From assembly GCA_964016885.1 (NCBI GenBank), contig OZ024741.1, forward strand, positions 174,034,001-174,098,000: DNA of 64,000 nucleotides. The letters are read 5' to 3'. The stretch is from Eledone cirrhosa. Lineage: Eukaryota. Below are positions 1-12,507 of the stretch, piece after piece (the stretch's first letter is position 1; each line of letters opens with the position of its first letter). The notes under the pieces were generated by a model. The model had not been told where the DNA came from. It was given only the letters and a program-made list of their open reading frames with translations, and searched no databases. Made by a program: the position numbers and the translations under genes.

Positions 1-561
1 ATCAAATAAAACCGTAATTGACAATATACACAGAAATTGAACGAAGACTGTTACACTTTCTTAAGTAATCAGTAACGTAATCCATGATACATTTAAAAAA
101 GACGATATTATATATCTGCTAGCTTGTGTAGTGTGTATATTGATATTATACGCAAGCATATATGCATGTAGATATGATCAAATAAAATAGTAATTGACAA
201 TATAAACAGAAATTGAAAGAAGACTGTTACACTGTCTTATGTAATCAGTAACATAATCCATGATACATTTAAAAAAGACAATATTAAATATAAACTGCAT
301 TAGGAGAAAATTAGTGACAGAAATATATGAATATTTATTTAAACGATCGCTAACCGGAAGAGTTGACATTTGAAAATTTTAAAGAAGTGAATTTTTAAAT
401 AAGGAATAAAATATATTTAATGAACAGCCACGAAATTTAGAGGATAAATTATGTAATATTCATTCATTATTTATTCAAAGTAATCCAACTTATTTTACTA
501 AGGGGATAACAATTTATAAACCGTACGCAGTCCCACGCTTCTTACTTTATTATAGTTTAGA
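1..561 (-). mobile_element. Non-autonomous Helitron (family N1), 5' end at 561, 3' end outside the window; internal ~176-bp tandem duplication
   Basis: Minus strand begins A|TCTAAACTATAATAAAG; similar along its length to 57688-58149; 1-176 repeats at 177-~295. Confidence 0.8.
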
Positions 562-1062
562 TTAAGCACTGTTGTACGCCCATTGATTAGATATATATAA
601 ATGTAATAGCATATAAATTATGTCTGATACAGACACACACACATATATATATATTTATATATATATACACACACATACATACCACACCACACAAATCGTC
701 TGCCGAAGTTAGTGAAGCTATTATTAAACCTCCCCGGATGAAGTAACTTGCAATTTCTTCATAATTCTTGAAATGCAATTATACATCTAACGGACACACT
801 CTCTAGAATAGATATATTTGTGTGTGTGTGTGAGAGAGAGAGAGGTAGATAGACAGGTAGGTTGGCAGGTAGATAGAAAGATAGACGAGAGTGGGGTTGT
901 CTGTATATGTGGCTGTGTGTATGTATGTGAAGATGTGGAAATAAGGAAAGGATAATTTCCAATGATTTCCAATGATTCAATCCACAGGTGTATATTCCTT
1001 TTACCATTGCATAAGTACATAGACTCACTCACACATGTATATATATATATATATATGTATGT

Positions 1063-2625
1063 GTGGTGTGTTTACTGGTTGCACGCATCATCAATCAGGC
1101 TATATATGGCGGTGTCATACCCAAAGACTGGTGCAGCAGTATTCTCATAAATTGCTACAAAGGTAAAGGGGATGCTCTGGAGAGGAGCAATTATAGGGGT
1201 ATAAAACTGATGGATCAGGTTATGAAAGTGGCAGAAAGGATATTAGCACAACTAATTAGAGAAAGGGTCAAACTAGATGAGATGCAGTTTGGTTTTGTTC
1301 CTGGGAAGAGTACAACAGATGCCCTCTTCTTGGTGAGACAATTGCAAGAGAGGTTCTTAGAGAAAAATAAGCCACTATACTTAGCCTTTGTTGACCTAGA
1401 GAAGGCCTTTGATAGGGTACCCCGATCTGTCATCTGGTGGTTCCTAAGGAAACTAGGTGTTGAGGAATGGCTTGTGAGAACAGTACAAACTTTGTACAGA
1501 GGTACTCTCAGTAAAGTCAGGGTAGGAATGGAGTTTAGTGAGGAATTCCAGATACAAGTAGGAGTACATCAAGGTTCGGTCCTCAGCCCGCTCTTGTTCA
1601 TTATAGTCCTCCAAGCCATAACACAGGAGTTTAAGACTGGCTGTCTATGGGAACTTCTCTATGCTGACAATCTGGTTCTTATAGCAGAATCAGTAGAGGA
1701 GCTAGAGAATAAATTCTGGCTATGGAAACGGCAGTTGGAAGCAAGAGGACTGAGAGTGAACCTAGCTAAGACAAAAGTGTTGATGAGTAGAAAAGAGGAC
1801 AAAACTCTGATTCCGTCAGGGAAATGGTCATGTTCGATATGCAGAAAAGGAACTGGCATAAATTTTATAAAATGCACACAATGCAGATCCTGGGTACACA
1901 AGAGATGTAGCGGGATAGCAGGCAAACTAACAGGTAGGGAGAAATATGTATGCAGTAGATGTACAGGGAAATTAGACAGTAGAAGTCGCATTGATAGACA
2001 CATTTTTCAAATGCAGGAGGGTGCTATAGAAGTGGTGGATAGCTTCCGGTACCTCGGAGATCAGATTAGCATGGGAAGAGGGTGTTCCGAGGCCATAGTA
2101 TCTAGAATAAGGATGGGTTGGAAGAAGTTTAGGGAGCTGTTTCCTCTGCTGACGAAGAAGGGTTTCTCCCTGCATACGAAAGGCCGGTTGTATGATGCCT
2201 GTGTGAGGAGCGCGATGCTGCATGGTAGTGAGACGTGGGCAGCAACTACAGAGGATATGCGACGACTGGAGAGAAATGAGGCAAGCATGCTCCGTTGGAT
2301 GTGCAGTGTAAATGTGCGTGAACGACCGAGCATGAATGTGTTGAGAGAGAAACTGTCTGAGAGGGATAGAATGTAGTGTACGGGAGAGGAGACTGAGGTG
2401 GTATGGACATGTGATGCGCATGGAGGGTGACCGATGGGTGAAGAAGTGCTAGGAAATGCCAGTTGAAGGAAGACGTGGTAGAGGTAGACCACGAAAAACA
2501 TGGGCGGAGGTGGTGAGAACAGACCTCAGATCGTGACGAGTGGAGAGATGCTGTGCTGAATAAGACCCGTCCCACCCTTGCGAGCAGGGAAGAGCGGACG
2601 TAAAATGATGATGATGATGATGATG
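1063..2625 (+). mobile_element. 5'-truncated RTE-clade LINE (RT with embedded PHD finger; YADN for YADD; (GAT)n tail)
   Basis: ORF 1063-2376 with QFGF, FVDLEKAFDRV, GVHQGSVLSPLLF, FRYLG, MLHGSETW; frameshifted C-terminus; 3' (ATG)n tail. Confidence 0.95.
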
Positions 2626-3084
2626 TATGTGTGTATCTGATTGCTTATGTGTGTGTGTGCATATGTGTATTACTGTATCTGTGTATGTGTATATATGTGT
2701 GTCCGTGTGTGTGTCTCATGATTGTAATGTTGAGAGTTCGAATTCTATCAGTGCATTGTGTTTTTGAGCAAGACACTTTATTTCGCCTTTCTTCTCTCCA
2801 CTGAAGTAAAAAAAGTGTACTCTGCCAGTAAGTCGAGAACCAATGTAGTCCCACCCTGAAACCCTCCATTATACATGTCTATGGAATGCTCAGATACTCT
2901 CACCTTAATTTCAGGCAGTTCCATTTGAGAAACCTAGCTGATACAATCCTCGTCGCAAGTGATAGGGTACCATCATACATATGAACACATAGACACATAC
3001 ACACACACACACACACGTTTCAAAGAGAATAGAAGAGATCAATAAAATAAGTATTAGATTTTAAAATATATGTACTGGAATTGA

Positions 3085-6000
3085 GGTAAAAAAAATCCTT
3101 AAATCGTGGGCACAGTCTATCGTCTGAAACAAGTACAGGCTGGAGAATTGTTCTTCCTCCTTCAATCTATGGTTTCCCCCTTGCTTCTACAGTGAGTGCT
3201 TTCAGAATTCGATGACTGTGGTTTGACACATGGGAAAGCCATCTTATTTCATCACGGTAACAACTAACCCTACCTGGGATGAAATAAAAAATAGTTTGCA
3301 CCCTGGTGAAGAACCTAGAGACCATCCTGATATTTATGCAAGAGTCTTCAAGGTCAAGTATGACAGCCTCATAGGTGACATACTGGAAAAAAATATCCTA
3401 GGAAAAGTTGTGGCTCATTCTGCTACAATAGAGTGGCAGAAACGAGGCTTCACTCATGCTCATATTCTGCTGATAATGGCTGAAGATAGCAAGCCCAAAA
3501 CTGCTGATGCCATTGATCAGGTAGTGTACTGTGAGATTCCTGATAAAGAGACCAATCCAATTCAGCATAAGATCATCACATCCTGCAACATTCATGGCCC
3601 ATGTGGACAAGCTAATATGATGTGCTCATGTATGGAAGGGCTAGGACAACAATGCCATTGCTGAAAAAGTTATCCCAAGGCATTCAGACAAACCACATTT
3701 GTTGCCGAAAATTCCTTTCCGGAGTATAGAAGAAGGGATAGACAGCATGGCGGTCACACCCATACAATCCAACTTAACGGTCAAGAATTTACTGTTGATA
3801 ATCGTTGGATTGTTCCATACAACCCTTTCCTCTCATTGAGATATCAGTGCCACATCAATTGTGAGGTTGTCCACAGTGTCAAGTACTTATATAAGTACAT
3901 CACAAAAGGATCAGGCAAGATCACTTTCACTATTAAGGATGATCAAGAAAATTGTGTCCATGCCCAAAATGAGATTGAGACCTATATCAATGCACGGTAC
4001 ATCTCAGCCAGTGAAGCATTCTGGAGAATCTATAAATTTCCATTACATCATCGAAAACTGCCAGTTGAAAAGTTGCCTTGCCATTTACCTGTGGAACAAA
4101 TGGTCGTGTATGAGCAAGGGCAGGAAGAAAGTATTGTTTCTAGGGGACAGCCAAAGACTAAGCTGACGGAATATTTTCAACTGAATGGCACAAAACATAT
4201 TGTATATTGATATTCCTAAATATTTTACTTGGCCAAATAAAAGTGGCAAAGAAGAAAAACGGGATATCTGGACGGTGATCAACAATTTATGAGTGAATCT
4301 CTTGGATGCTTTCCAACAGTATCTCTCAGTAGACATCAATCTGAATTATATTACCTCAGGATGATCCTACATTACAAAGCTAGGTCAACTTCATACAAAG
4401 ATTTGAGGACAATTGAAGGAGTTGAATTTCCAACATTCCAAGAAGCATACAGGAAACTTGGTTTGTTAGATGAAGATGGAGAAAAAGACAAAGGTATGGA
4501 AGAGGCCTCATCCATTACGCTTGGTCCTCAGCTGTGAGAAATCTTCTGCACCATTTTATTGTACAGAATGCCAAATGACCCTCTGCAGTTCTGGGAGAAA
4601 TGGAAGAATTGTCTTGCAGAGGATATCATGCATGAACGTCATGAGCAAGTCATGTCCATGTAGACCGTGCAGATTGTTCTACAGAAGATCCAACAAAGAC
4701 TTCAACATGATGGCTTGGACATTCATGCCAACTATGGACTTCCTCGGCCAGACCCAACTATTGTTGCCATACCAGAAATCAACAGGGTTCTTATGGTAGA
4801 AACTGAATTCAATACACACCAACTGCAAGCAAACATAAATGAACTTCTGCCAACATTGAATCCTGAGCAACTGATTATTTTTCACAAAGTAATCATCTCT
4901 GTAAATGAAAATGAAGGCAGAGTGTTCTGCTTGAATGCAAGTGCAGGTACAGGAAAGACCAATGTCATAAACATCCTATTGGATTACCTCCGATCTAAAA
5001 AAAAAAAATTACACTTGCCACTGCCATATCTGGAATAGCAGCCACTTTGCTTCACAAAGGTAGAACTCTTCATTCCAAGTGCAAGATTCCTCTCAATGTG
5101 ACTGCTGAATCAACTTGCTTCTTCACAAAGAGGGATGACACAGGTAAACTTATGCAGCAAGCTGACCTGCTAATCATTGATGAGATAGGTATGGGACATA
5201 AGTATATCTTTGAATGCCTTGACAGGAGCTTCAAAGATGTTCAAGATTGCAAAAAGCCATTTCGTGGTCTAACAGTATTACTATCTGGTGACTGGAAGCA
5301 AATTCTTCCAGTTGTATGTCATGGTGCTAGACCACAAATAGTTGAGGCAACCATCAAGAGATCCTATCTCTGGGACTATGTGGAAACCATGGAGATGACA
5401 ACCAATCAACAGTTAATTAATGCAGAGGATTCACATGAAAGACTATTTGCAAACTACCTTCTTGGTGTGGGAAATGGTAACATTCCAACTGTTCCAACTG
5501 TAGGTGCATTCACAATTCTTCTGCCAATTGAATTTTGTCTGGAATATGGTAATGTGTCTGGACTGTGTGAATTTGTGTATACAAATCTTCCAGAGAACTA
5601 CACAAACCCACTATGGCTTGCAAATAGAGCCATTATCACTCCAACAAATGACACAACAAGATTGGTGAATGAGTTCATGGTCAACAAGTTCCCTGGTCAT
5701 GAAATAATCTACAGAAGCTCTGATACAGTAGATAAGGAACTGCAATATCCAATTGAGTTCATCAACAAACTTACCCCATCAGGCTTCCCAACACACATAC
5801 TTAAACTGAAGAAAGGCAGTTGCATCATGTTTCTGAGAAATCTGGATCCTCTAAACGGGCTTTGCAATGGTACATGCTACATCATCATCAGTTTACACAA
5901 TCATGTAATTGAAGCTGAAGTGGCATTGGGTCCCAATGCTGGAACAAGGCTGCTAATCCCAAGGATACCACATGTATCTCAAAAGCTTGAGTTCCTTTTC

Positions 6001-6693
6001 ACCTTTACTCGCAAGCAATTTCCTGTCAAACCAGCCTTTGCCCCTACATGCAACAAGGCACAAGGGCAGACATTTGAAAAGATAGGTGTATATCTACCAA
6101 CACAATTCTTCTCACATAGTCAGATGTATGTTGCATTATCACAAGTTACAAAAAAAGAAAATATAAAAATATTAAATTACAGGGGTCTGTTTGCTGACAA
6201 CTGTGTCTACAAAGAAATGCTACAGTGATGTGAAACAGCTATCACTCTCTTTTAGTTGAAATGCATTTCAGTTACTTTTTAACTGCTAGAAAAGGGACAC
6301 TACAAAAACCTAAGAAGTCTATATGTGTATTCAGTAAAACAACAATATAGCGAAGGTCAACTCTTCATATTAGTAAATGTAATTCATTCATACCAGGAGC
6401 ATCTATTTTCAAATTCACTGCTTGAAGCTTCCCATCGACATTCTCAAGTGAAGATTCATGAACATTTTCCATCAACAATTTCATCATTTTTCCATCTCCA
6501 TTATCGCCCTTTTTTTAAATGTACCAGGGATTACTTTATTGATTACAGAAGTAAGTGTAACACAGTCTTTGTTCAGTTTATGTGCATATTGTCAATTTAC
6601 GTATTATATCTATGTGCATATATATTTGCGTATATCAATATACAGACTATATATGCCAGCAGAAAACCGCCCAAAGGGCGGTTTTTCTGCTAG
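3085..6693 (+). mobile_element. Helitron relic: 5'-truncated RepHel (HUH Rep + PIF1-type helicase) pseudogene with intact 3' terminus
   Basis: GKPSYFITVTTNP, IEWQKRGFTHAHILL, KYLYKYITKG, Walker A ASAGTGKT, IIDEIGM, GDWKQILPV, RKQFPVKPAFA..NKAQGQT; several stops and frameshifts; hairpin 6659-6690 then CTAG|T. Confidence 0.93.
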
Positions 6694-6813
6694 TATATAT
6701 AATTAGGAGACGAATAAGTCGAATAGAATGGACATAGCTTCGGCCATTTCCTCACATGGAAAACTAAGTTTATAATATTAAAATTTGAGCCCAGCTGTAG
6801 TAGTCACCCTTTG

Positions 6814-6814
<1 letters not shown>

Positions 6815-6850
<36 letters not shown>

Positions 6851-7046
6851 GTACTACTACTACTACTACTACTATCACCACTAACACCACCACCACCACC
6901 ACTACTACTACTACTACTACCACCACCACCACTAACACCAACACCACTACCCCCCCTACTACTACCACTACTACTACTACTGCTACTACTACTACTGTTA
7001 CCACCACCACCACTACTACAGCCACTACCACCCCCACCCTCACTAG

Positions 7047-7078
<32 letters not shown>

Positions 7079-7090
7079 TTACTACTACTA
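6815..7090. repeat. Compound (ACT)n/(ACC)n microsatellite
   Basis: Direct reading; explains the poly-T/S/V ORFs. Confidence 0.95.
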
Positions 7091-7235
7091 CATATGCACA
7101 TGGTACAACGTTTGTGACAACACCATCAGTTGTCACATGTTCATATGTTATTTATATATAGATATAAGGTAGAGTATATTCTTGTTAACAATATTGACAC
7201 AAAAGGTTAAATCAAAGTCATATTTTAAATTTCAG

Positions 7236-7262
7236 AAACAATTTCCAACTATAATCAGAAGT
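7236..7262 (+). CDS. SPEF2: Putative 27-nt coding micro-exon of SPEF2-like gene (phase 1/1; xTISNYNQK)
   Basis: ttttaaatttcag acceptor, gtaagt donor; open frame whose end phase fits the next exon; no recognisable homology, so tentative. Confidence 0.45.
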
Positions 7263-7435
7263 GTAAGTTGCATTGTCTCCATGGATTCTAAAAGTGAGAA
7301 AGTACTTAGCAGAAGCAAGACATGTTGTCCCATTAGTGAGTACAAATGAAGGGCTTATAATCATCACCAACCCCTTTTGTCATCACCATTATTCTCATCC
7401 TTACCATCAGCATAACCATAATTATCATCATCACA

Positions 7436-7607
7436 ACGAAAAACATGGGCGCAGGTGGTGAGAACAGACCTCAGATCGCTGAAGCTCACGGAGGAGATGG
7501 CGAAGGACTGTGACAAGTGGAGAGATGTGCTGTGCTGAATAGGACCCATCCCACTCTTGCAAGCAGGGAAAAGCAGACGTAAAATGATGATGATGATGAT
7601 GATGATG
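7436..7607 (+). mobile_element. RTE 3'-end fragment with (GAT)n tail
   Basis: Near-identical to 2490-2625 apart from an ~30-bp segment missing in the latter. Confidence 0.85.
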
Positions 7608-7904
7608 ACCACTATCGTCATGACTATTGTTGTCACCATCATCACTGCTCTGCTCGTCATAATTGTCACCATGTATAACAGTCTACTATTATGTCCAATC
7701 TGTGAACAAAACAATTTGGTAAGAGAAAGAAAAAAAGGGGAAACAAAAAGAGAGAAAGAATAGGGAAATATAGAAAAAAATAAAGAGAGAAAGAAAGAAG
7801 AAAAAGATCGGGAAAGAGAGGGGATGGCAAGAGCTCTGGTGTTGCAGAAGAGAGGGGAGGGGTGATTGGGCTTTGGGCCTAGGGCAAGAGGGCAGAAGTG
7901 CTGT

Positions 7905-8181
7905 TCCCTGCTGACAAGATGGCAAAAGCATTCCCCCGGATGATGGCCAGTGACACCTGCTGCAACAGCCACCCAAACTCACGGGGCTCCCTCCTTAGAT
8001 GCTCCGATCTTGCAGAGGAGTTGGCATTATTGGGTCTGAGTACGCCCGAGGTCTCGACGAGAGCGTGACAGCAGGAGATAGTGGAGAGGTAGGCAGGTAA
8101 AGCTAGGTCTGAAGCTGATTGTAGGCCGAGGTCACCAAACCTCGCTGGGAGTGTCGCCTGTTGCCAGCCTGCACTGTCGAA
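7905..8181 (-). mobile_element. Internally deleted CRE-like (RLE-type) non-LTR retrotransposon relic
   Basis: Hand translation: WQQATLPARFGDLGLQSASDLALPAYLS...LVETSGVLRP...EPREFGWLLQQVSLAIIRGNAFAIL (QAxLP..GGLG thumb-like motif and C-terminal RGNA motif). Confidence 0.7.
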
Positions 8182-9583
8182 ACACCGTCATCCTCACTGC
8201 TATAGTCATCACAACTGTTATTGTCATTTTCACTGGTATAATCATCATCACTGCCATCATCCTAATCATGGTCTTAATAATCATCATCACCTTCATCATC
8301 ATTATCATTATCACCACCACCATCATTATCCTCATTACCACCTTCATATTCATCATTATCATCACTACCACCTCCATCATCATCACCATTGTTTTAAACT
8401 AAAACCTGCAGAGGCTAACTTTGAGTTCCATAAGATTAAATTAGTAACAGTAAAATATTGGGGATCAATCAAATCAACTAACAACACACTTCTTTGAAAA
8501 ATTGTGATGTTTTTCCTAAGATAGAAATCATTATTTATCTTGATGGTGATGTTTTTGGTAAAGTTTGTTGTTTAAAGCTGAAGGAAATAAAAAAAAATAA
8601 GGAAAGCAGCTGGTCTTCAGATGGGACCAAGGAAACAATGTTTCTATTCGTCTTTTCATTGCTGATATCATCTGCCTGTTGTAAATCTGAGTAGAAGGTA
8701 ATATGTTGATCAAGAACACAAAATGCTGCCTCATCTTGTAATGAAACCCATGCATTTATAAATGTGATTCCAATACCTTAACCATTAGGCCTTGTACCTA
8801 GGAAGAGAGGAATGATCACCAAACATTAGCCAATGATATTGTATTGTTTTTGTTTTTGTTATCAGTAACACTGATTTAAATTCATTAACTCAAACAAGAA
8901 AATATGTATCAACTTCCCACCCTCCCTCCACCATATCTGCCTTCTCCTCTAGATTAAAGATGGGTTTTGAGTTGAGTCAATGGCCAACAATCTGCTTAGT
9001 ATTGGAGCCATGATAAAACACCTCCAGAAAACTCTGTAAACTGATTGGTATTAGGAAAGGCTTCCAGCCATAGAAACCATGCCAAACTGGTTAAGAAAAC
9101 TCTTCAGTCATGACACAACAGCCTCTCTAGAGCTAATGCCATGAAAAATGTACCTGTATCTTCTGTAGAAACCATGCCAAAAAAAAAAATGAGAGGACAG
9201 TTTAATTGTGTCAAAGACATGACAATCTCTCTAGTATTAGTGTTAATAAAATGCACCCATTGCACTTTGTAAAGTGGTTAGTGATAGGAAGGTCATCCAA
9301 CCATAGTAAACTTGCAAATCAAAGGGCCGATAGGACTTGTCAATTTTGGTAAAAACATGACAACTTAATGCTAGTGCCATGATAAAATACACCAGGGGCA
9401 ATCTGTAGAGTATGGGAAAATAAGTAAGCAAGATATAGTCCCCAGTCCATTTCAGAGGTCAGTATCTCCAATTAAGCACTGATTTGTTCTGTGAAGACCT
9501 AACCAACCCTTGATAGTACAAAGAACAGATGCTAAATGATGATGATGATGATGATGATTCGCGTTAACTCTATTTTTCTCTAG

Positions 9584-9681
9584 TTATGGATAAGACAACG
9601 AGTCTTACAGATATCTTCTCAATGGATAGAGAACCAGGTATACCAAAAGTTTCTGATCCGCTGGTACAGAAGAACATCAAC
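9584..9681 (+). CDS. SPEF2: SPEF2-like internal exon (MDKTTSLTDIFSMDREPGIPKVSDPLVQKNIN)
   Basis: tatttttctctag acceptor, gtatgt donor; open; ends phase 0, matching the next exon. Confidence 0.65.
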
Positions 9682-10435
9682 GTATGTTTATTTATTCTCT
9701 TATTCTTTTATTCTTTTACTGGTTTCAGTTATTAAACTGTGCCCATGCAGGGCCCTACTTTCAAAGGATTTGGTCAATCATATCAACCCCAGTACATATT
9801 TTACTGGTTTCACTTACTAAACAGTGGCCATGCTGGGACATTGCTTTGAAGTTAATCATAGTGACTCCAGTAAACATTTTTTTAAAAGTCTTGTATTGAA
9901 TTCATTGATCTTGCTTTGTCAAATGTTTAAGCACACGCACACTCACATACATATGTGCATGCATGAATGAATGATGATGATGATGGCAGCAACTTGATTT
10001 CGAATAATGCCATTGCTTGATACTTAAGCATGAGCATCACAGACATGGCTTTTTAGTCCAGCTAAGGACTTGCCTATGGCCAGCAATACCATGCATCACA
10101 AAAATTGTCTCATATCCAACAATGCCTCTTCTTGAAGCTTTTTTAAGTGAGGAAAAGCTTTGCATGGTAACAATCCCATTCTCTGAACATTGAATGCATT
10201 TGCTCAAGAAGAACTGGTCTACATCATTGGATGCAAAAGAAGTTGCAGGTTTTATATCAGAGTGACCTTCTCCTAGAGAGATGTCTTAATGAAGACTAGG
10301 AGTTTTTTGCTAAAAAAAAAACTTACATATATACATACATCATGGTGGTGGTGGTGGTGGTGCTAGTGATGGTGTTGATGATTTAATCATAATTTACCCA
10401 CTGTTATAGATTATACTGACTTTCTTGTGTTACAG

Positions 10436-10539
10436 AAGAATCCTCTAGTTAGAGCTGGTCAGAAAATAACAATGTGTTTTGAAAAAGGACTACCCATTCC
10501 TGAAAATGTCCTCATTGACATCATTACTGAAGCTATTAG
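10436..10539 (+). CDS. SPEF2: SPEF2-like exon, adenylate-kinase-like domain (RAGQKITMCFEKGLPIPENVLIDIITEAIR)
   Basis: tgttacag acceptor, gtatat donor; resembles the SPEF2/ADK 'KGxxIPDxLLVDIIxxAI' segment as recalled. Confidence 0.85.
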
Positions 10540-10609
10540 GTATATAATTTTACATTTCTTTTATTATTTCCAGTCTAGAGATATCCATACCATTATCTTT
10601 CTCTCTTCT

Positions 10610-11160
10610 ACTTTTACCCAGTCTCACCTTGAATACTGTTTCCTGTTGTGGTCTCCCCACATGAAATAAGGTATTATGACAATTGAAAAACACCAGAAGT
10701 CAATTACAAAACAAAAGATAGACAGCATGGTAGGCTTTGATTACTGGAGTAGGCTAGAAAAGCTGAAAATATACACTCTCCAATCCCAACATTACACAAA
10801 TGACATTGGCATCAACTTCAAAATCCATACAAGGCTTTTTCCCCACAAAAAATTGAGCTTGCATCTCATAAAATTATAACACAACTATTTCACCTCAACT
10901 GGCCATACTTTCTTAAATATGATATCAAAAGACACCAAGAGAGAAAAAGAACCTAGAGCATTCAAAAGGTCCCTGGACAAATTCTTCCAAGAAATTCCTG
11001 ATAAACTTTTTACACCCAGATATGTCTCCAGCAACAATAACTCTTTACTGGAGTGTCCAAAGCATCATTGGGGTGTGAAATATGATTTGAAAAATGTTAT
11101 CAGGTGATGCTATTGTGTTAGACATGGCCTAGGTCAATATTGGACAATTCATATCAAAGT
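10610..11160 (+). mobile_element. Degenerate CR1-group LINE 3' fragment
   Basis: SHLEYCFLLWSPH, FDYWSRLEKLKIYTLQ, FKRSLDKFFQEIPD motifs across ORFs 10427, 10676 and 10919. Confidence 0.7.
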
Positions 11161-11576
11161 TTAGTTTTATAAATGAATTTGACAGGTTGTCACATTTTGA
11201 AGCCGCACAAGTCAGGTGACTACATCCTGCTCATATGTCCTTCTTGATGTTAACCATGTATGTTGCAGTGTGAACTGGGAACACTTTTTGTGACACCAAC
11301 ACTACTATATTTGTATGTGTGTGTATATATATAGGGAGTGTTACATGCAGTTACTGTAGGTTCACCCAGGTGAGCACTAGATTCACGTCTGTAACAAGGT
11401 GTAGAGCTAAACAAAGTGGAAATATAATATATATAAAGACTCTCTTCCTGTTATTTCAAGTGTTAAACTAATATATTTCTTCAATGTACTGTGCCATTTG
11501 TTTTGTTATTTTTTTAATTTCTGTTTGCCTTTTATGTATATATATATATATATATATACGTACACACTCACACACG

Positions 11577-11627
<51 letters not shown>

Positions 11628-11630
11628 TTT

Positions 11631-12032
11631 GTTCATTACTCATTTATCATTCATTATAATAACAGATTACAGGAACATTAAAAAATATCTAAAATCTCCA
11701 ACAAATCTTAAAATTTAAATTGAAATCAGGAGCCTTTCCAACTACAAGCAACTATTGATATCACCAAAACAAGTTATAAGTATGTGTATTGCTTTCCTTA
11801 AGATTTATTCTCGTGATTTCATTAATAAAAAAAAACTTCATTTAATCATGATTCTAAGCATATAAATCTTCTTTAAAAAATCTCTCTAAATCTCAAAAAA
11901 ACGTTGTAAACGTTTTTTTTTTATTTTTAAACGTATTTTGGGGAAAATTCTCCGAAATTGTTGGAGATTTTAAAGATTTTTAAAATACTCCTTTAATCTG
12001 TTGTTATAATTAATGACAAATGAGTACTGAAC
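11631..12032. repeat. Imperfect inverted repeat (arms ~11631-11706 and ~11957-12032)
   Basis: gttcattactcatttatcatt...aaaatctccaacaa versus ttgttggagatttt...aatgacaaatgagtactgaac. Confidence 0.8.
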
Positions 12033-12383
12033 TTCCAACCTATGTGAAATATTCATAATGCATAAATAAACTCCGATGATGCTGACCTTAAATCAACACC
12101 TGAGGGTTAAGTTATAAAATTTTAAAATTTTGGAATTGTAATATTATGACCCTATGGTGAGTTCAGGCTGGCAGAAACATATGTTATTTTGAAAATACCT
12201 TGAATCTCTGGTGTTTTTTAAATTATTATATAACAGCTCTGCATGAACCTCATTGCATTGATCTCTTAAACATCCAGTAAAGCAGTTTTAATACTCCAGA
12301 TAATAAAATTGTTATTACTACTATTATATCTATCTATAAATATATTTATCTATCTATCATGCATATCTAACACACACACATAT

Positions 12384-12427
<44 letters not shown>

Positions 12428-12507
12428 TTAATGTTTGTTTTCTCTGCTAGCAAGGGTTGGACTATCTATATATAATTATAGAAATCCCTACTTATTCTTT
12501 GTCATAG

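Noticed and set aside
5047-6228. Host PIF1 helicase gene
   Set aside because: Intronless, contiguous with HUH Rep motifs and a Helitron 3' end, and frameshifted upstream.
6778-7161. Poly-Thr/Ser/Val mucin-like ORFs
   Set aside because: Translations of the (ACT/ACC)n microsatellite.
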